Virus record (IMG/VR): IMGVR_UViG_638341087_000007
Reading direction: 5' to 3' (one strand)
From: a virus
Lineage: Duplodnaviria > Heunggongvirae > Uroviricota > Caudoviricetes
Length of the DNA: 36,906 nt
Below, one piece after another: positions 34,177-36,906 of the stretch. Numbering within the stretch: the stretch's first letter is position 1; every line of letters begins with the position of its first letter. A program made the translations under genes and the position numbers. The notes under the pieces are model-generated. The model had not been told where the DNA came from. It was given only the letters and a program-made list of their open reading frames with translations, and did no database searches.

Positions 34177-35270
34177 CAGAACCCGATTTTATTGAACGCG
34201 ATGCCGATAAAATCACGGCAGAAATGATTGCGAAGTATGAAGAGGATACCGGAAAAACGCTGTACCCGGCACAGGCTGAACGTCTGCTGATTGACCTGTG
34301 GGCCTATCGCGAAATGCTGGTCAGGGTGGCAGTACAGGAGGCGGCGAAGCAGAATCTGGTCGCTTTTTCCCGTGAGCCGATGATTGATTACCTCGGTGAA
34401 CTGGTCGGTGTATACCGCCTTGCTGCGCAGCCTGCCACCACCACACTTCAGTTCTCTGTGGATGAGGCACTGGCCATTGATGTGCTGATCCCGGCAGGCA
34501 CCCGCGTCAGCGCTTCCGACAGTATTATTTTTGCCACCGATACAGATGTGGTGCTGAAGGCCGGATTGCTGCTGGTCAATGTCACGGCCACCTGTACCGA
34601 GCCGGGTACCGCTGGCAACGGCTGGCAACCGGCGCAGGTCAGTCAGTTACTCGATGAGATTGATAACATTGACCTGCTGGTGACCAATCTGACGGCCAGC
34701 TCTGGCGGTTCAGAGCAGGAAGACGATGACCGGCTCCGGGAGCGTATCAGGCTGGCCCCGGAGTCATTCACCAATGCCGGAAGCCGTGGTGCATACCGTT
34801 TTCATGCTATGGGGGCGCATCCCGGCATTGTCGACGTTGCTGTTCTTTCTCCCGCTCCCGGCACTGTCGAGCTGTATCCGCTGCTCAGCACTGGTCTGCC
34901 GGACAGCAGTATCCTCACTCTGGTAGAGAGTTTCTGTTCTGACGAAAAAGTCAGACCACTCACTGATACCGTGCGGGCTAAAACACCTGTTCAGGTGGAT
35001 TACACCATTGAAGCCAGGATTACGATCTATCGTGATCAGGATGCAAGGTTGGTAAAGGACAACGCTAACAGCGCCATACAGAACTGGGTGGCATCCCGTA
35101 CCGCCACGCTGGGGCGCGATATTGTTCCCAGCCAGATTATCAGCGTGTTGTCCGTTTCCGGGGTGTACCAGGTCGAACTGGTGACACCGGCACTGAGGGT
35201 GGTGGCAGAAAACGAATGGGCAAACTGTACGGCGATCACTCTTAACATGACCGGGGTGTCCGATGGCTGA
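34167..35270 (+). CDS. baseplate J-like protein (Mu gp47-like)
   Basis: 367 aa, overlapping start. Confidence 0.7.
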   Translation: MALTEPDFIERDADKITAEMIAKYEEDTGKTLYPAQAERLLIDLWAYREMLVRVAVQEAAKQNLVAFSREPMIDYLGELVGVYRLAAQPATTTLQFSVDEALAIDVLIPAGTRVSASDSIIFATDTDVVLKAGLLLVNVTATCTEPGTAGNGWQPAQVSQLLDEIDNIDLLVTNLTASSGGSEQEDDDRLRERIRLAPESFTNAGSRGAYRFHAMGAHPGIVDVAVLSPAPGTVELYPLLSTGLPDSSILTLVESFCSDEKVRPLTDTVRAKTPVQVDYTIEARITIYRDQDARLVKDNANSAIQNWVASRTATLGRDIVPSQIISVLSVSGVYQVELVTPALRVVAENEWANCTAITLNMTGVSDG

Positions 35271-35841
35271 GGTGCTACAACTCCCGCCACCGCTTGAGGG
35301 TGATATCAGTCTCAGAACGCTGGGAAGACTGGCCGGACGGCTGGATAACATCGACCTGAGCGTACTGATGGTCGGTCTCGTCGATATTGTCGACAGTTCC
35401 GCGCTGCCATGGCTTGGCGAGCAGTTCTCGCTGTTCGGCGATGGCTGGGAACTGGCGGAATCGGACGATGTACGCCGCATGCTTATCAAATCCGCTATCG
35501 AGCTACACCGCTATAAAGGAACACCGTGGTCAATCCGGGAAATTATCCGCCGTTTTGGCTTCGGCGAAGTGGATCTGATTGAAGGTACGGGGCAGATTGG
35601 CTATGACGGCAGACACACGTACAACGGGCTTTTCGTCCATGGTGATGCACAAGCCTGGGCAGTCTATCGCGTCATCCTTCAACAACCCATCACTAACGAT
35701 CAGGCGGCGCTGTTACGTCAGACGCTTGCTGCCTTTGCTCCGGCTCGCTGTCATCTGGCAAGTCTGGAATATCAGTCTGTCGCCATTCGATACAACAGTA
35801 CTACCCGTTATGACGGTAGTTACAACCACGGGAGCAGTTAA
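35263..35841 (+). CDS. tail protein (P2 gpI / Mu gp48-like)
   Basis: 192 aa, immediately upstream of the tail fibre gene. Confidence 0.6.
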   Translation: MAEVLQLPPPLEGDISLRTLGRLAGRLDNIDLSVLMVGLVDIVDSSALPWLGEQFSLFGDGWELAESDDVRRMLIKSAIELHRYKGTPWSIREIIRRFGFGEVDLIEGTGQIGYDGRHTYNGLFVHGDAQAWAVYRVILQQPITNDQAALLRQTLAAFAPARCHLASLEYQSVAIRYNSTTRYDGSYNHGSS

Positions 35842-35843
35842 TT

Positions 35844-36804
35844 ATGGCAAATCTACCCGAAACCCCGCAGTGGGAAAGCGGCATATACCAGATTGAGGTC
35901 TCTGACCCCGTTCTGGGCGGACCTGACGGAATTTCTAACCGCCAGGCTAAACAACTGGCCAGCCGAACGTCATACCTCAAACAGAAGGTCGAAAAAAGCG
36001 GAACAGACCTGGCTGCACATATCGCGGCAGTTGACCCGCATACCCAGTACGCGACGAAAGCCAGTCCGACATTCACCGGCACACCAACAGCACCTACACC
36101 TGCAAATGGTGATAACAGCAAAAAGCTGGCGACGACGGAGTTTGTGGCCAAAGCACTTGCGGCACTTGCAGGCAGCGCCCCTGAGACACTGGATACGCTT
36201 AAAGAGCTGGCTGACGCTCTCGGTAATGATCCAAACTTTGCGACTACGGTACTGAACAAGCTGGCGGAAAAGCTGGCTAAAGACCAGAACGGCGCAGATA
36301 TTCCTGAGCCTGCGCTGTTTGTCAAAAACCTTGGTTTGGGGGAAGGCTCNGCGCTGCCCGTTGGTGTGCCTGTTCCGTGGCCCTCAGCCACACCNCCAAC
36401 NGGNTGGCTGAAATGTAACGGTGCAGCATTTTCTTCTGAAATGTANCCCAAACTGGCAAAAGCTTACCCCACCAATAAATTACCGGATTTACGGGGTGAA
36501 TTTATTCGTGGCTGGGATGANGGGCGGGGAATTGATTAATAGACGCAACCTACTGTCTGCACAGTCTGACACTATTCAGAATATAGTTGGCACTTTTGGA
36601 CGAACTCAGCTTTTTAAAGATGCTTTAAATTCAGGGCCATTTAGTCAAACTGACTCTATATTATCAGTAGGCTTGCAACCAACTGAGAATATTGAAGGAT
36701 ATGGCGCCTCTGTATGGACATTCGACGCCTCTCGCTCAGTTCGCACAGCATCTGAAACACGTCCTCGTAACATTGCGTTTAATTACATCGTAAGGGCGGC
36801 ATAG
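35844..36804 (+). CDS. tail fibre protein, reading frame broken near 36521-36540 (ambiguous bases)
   Basis: Conserved fibre N-terminus (ASPTFTGTPTAPTPANGDNSKKLATTEFV), crossover motif PVPWPSAT..GWLKCNGA, then C-terminal fibre motifs (LLSAQSDTIQNIVGTF, ETRPRNIAFNYIVRAA) in the next frame; six N bases in 36350-36521. Confidence 0.7.
36322..36420 (+). repeat. tail-fibre crossover-region repeat, copy 1
   Basis: About 100 bp, near-identical to 36806-36906; encodes LGEGxALPVGVPVPWPSAT..GWLKCNGA. Confidence 0.75.
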
Positions 36805-36805
36805 A

Positions 36806-36906
36806 AACGTTGGTTTGGGGGAAGGCTCAGCGCTGCCCGTTGGTGTGCCCGTTCCGTGGCCCTCAGCCACACCGCCAGCAGGGTGGCTGAAATGTAACGG
36901 CGCAGC
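36806..36906 (+). repeat. tail-fibre crossover-region repeat, copy 2 (start of a start-less alternative C-terminal cassette)
   Basis: Begins 2 nt after the fibre stop codon, same orientation, 479-bp period, no start codon in its frame; runs to the window end. Confidence 0.7.

Noticed and set aside
35801-36451. 216-aa minus-strand ORF containing X residues
   Set aside because: Antisense to the tail fibre gene, whose N-terminal fibre motifs identify the plus-strand frame.
36322-36906. Diversity-generating retroelement (template and variable repeat) at the tail fibre
   Set aside because: No reverse transcriptase gene in the window, the repeat covers the conserved crossover region rather than the C-terminal variable tip, and the differences between copies are not adenine-specific.
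36322-36906. Mu G-segment-type invertible segment
   Set aside because: The two repeat copies visible in the window are in direct, not inverted, orientation and no invertase gene is in the window; inversion cannot be excluded for sequence beyond the window.
1-36906. CRISPR arrays, tRNA or rRNA genes
   Set aside because: No short regularly spaced repeats and no tRNA-like or rRNA-like sequence was recognisable by eye; the only repeats found are those described above.

Overview
The window is almost entirely a Mu-like transposable prophage (about 1.74 kb to beyond 36.9 kb; the right end is not in the window) whose left end interrupts the transposase gene of an IS66-family element (189-1743). The architecture is divergent around an internal immunity switch: a Ner-like gene (10933-11121, minus) and an XRE-type repressor (11222-11560, plus) flank a 100-bp operator region. 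Leftward on the minus strand runs the early operon: Ner, an IclR-like wHTH protein, a 303-aa unknown, DDE transposase A, AAA+ target protein B, Gam, a run of small genes including a MazG-like protein, a DUF2786-like protein, GemA, Mor, then a strong terminator and a membrane protein next to the phage end. Rightward on the plus strand runs a complete Mu-type late region: lysis cassette with nested spanins, terminase, portal, head genes, sheath, tube, frameshifted chaperone, tape measure, baseplate and tail fibre. Between the repressor and the lysis genes lies a 3-kb accessory locus (11676-14602) that I consider the best candidate for an undescribed system: an orphan Dam-like methyltransferase, two diverged paralogous small winged-helix-like proteins, a 5' pseudogene copy of dam inside a roughly 190-bp direct repeat with covarying hairpins, a possible 71-aa ORF, and a P-loop kinase-like NTPase. 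The tail-fibre gene ends in a 479-bp-period direct repeat of its conserved crossover region and contains all six ambiguous bases in the window. All family assignments are from reading the translations by eye; no database search or structure prediction was run.
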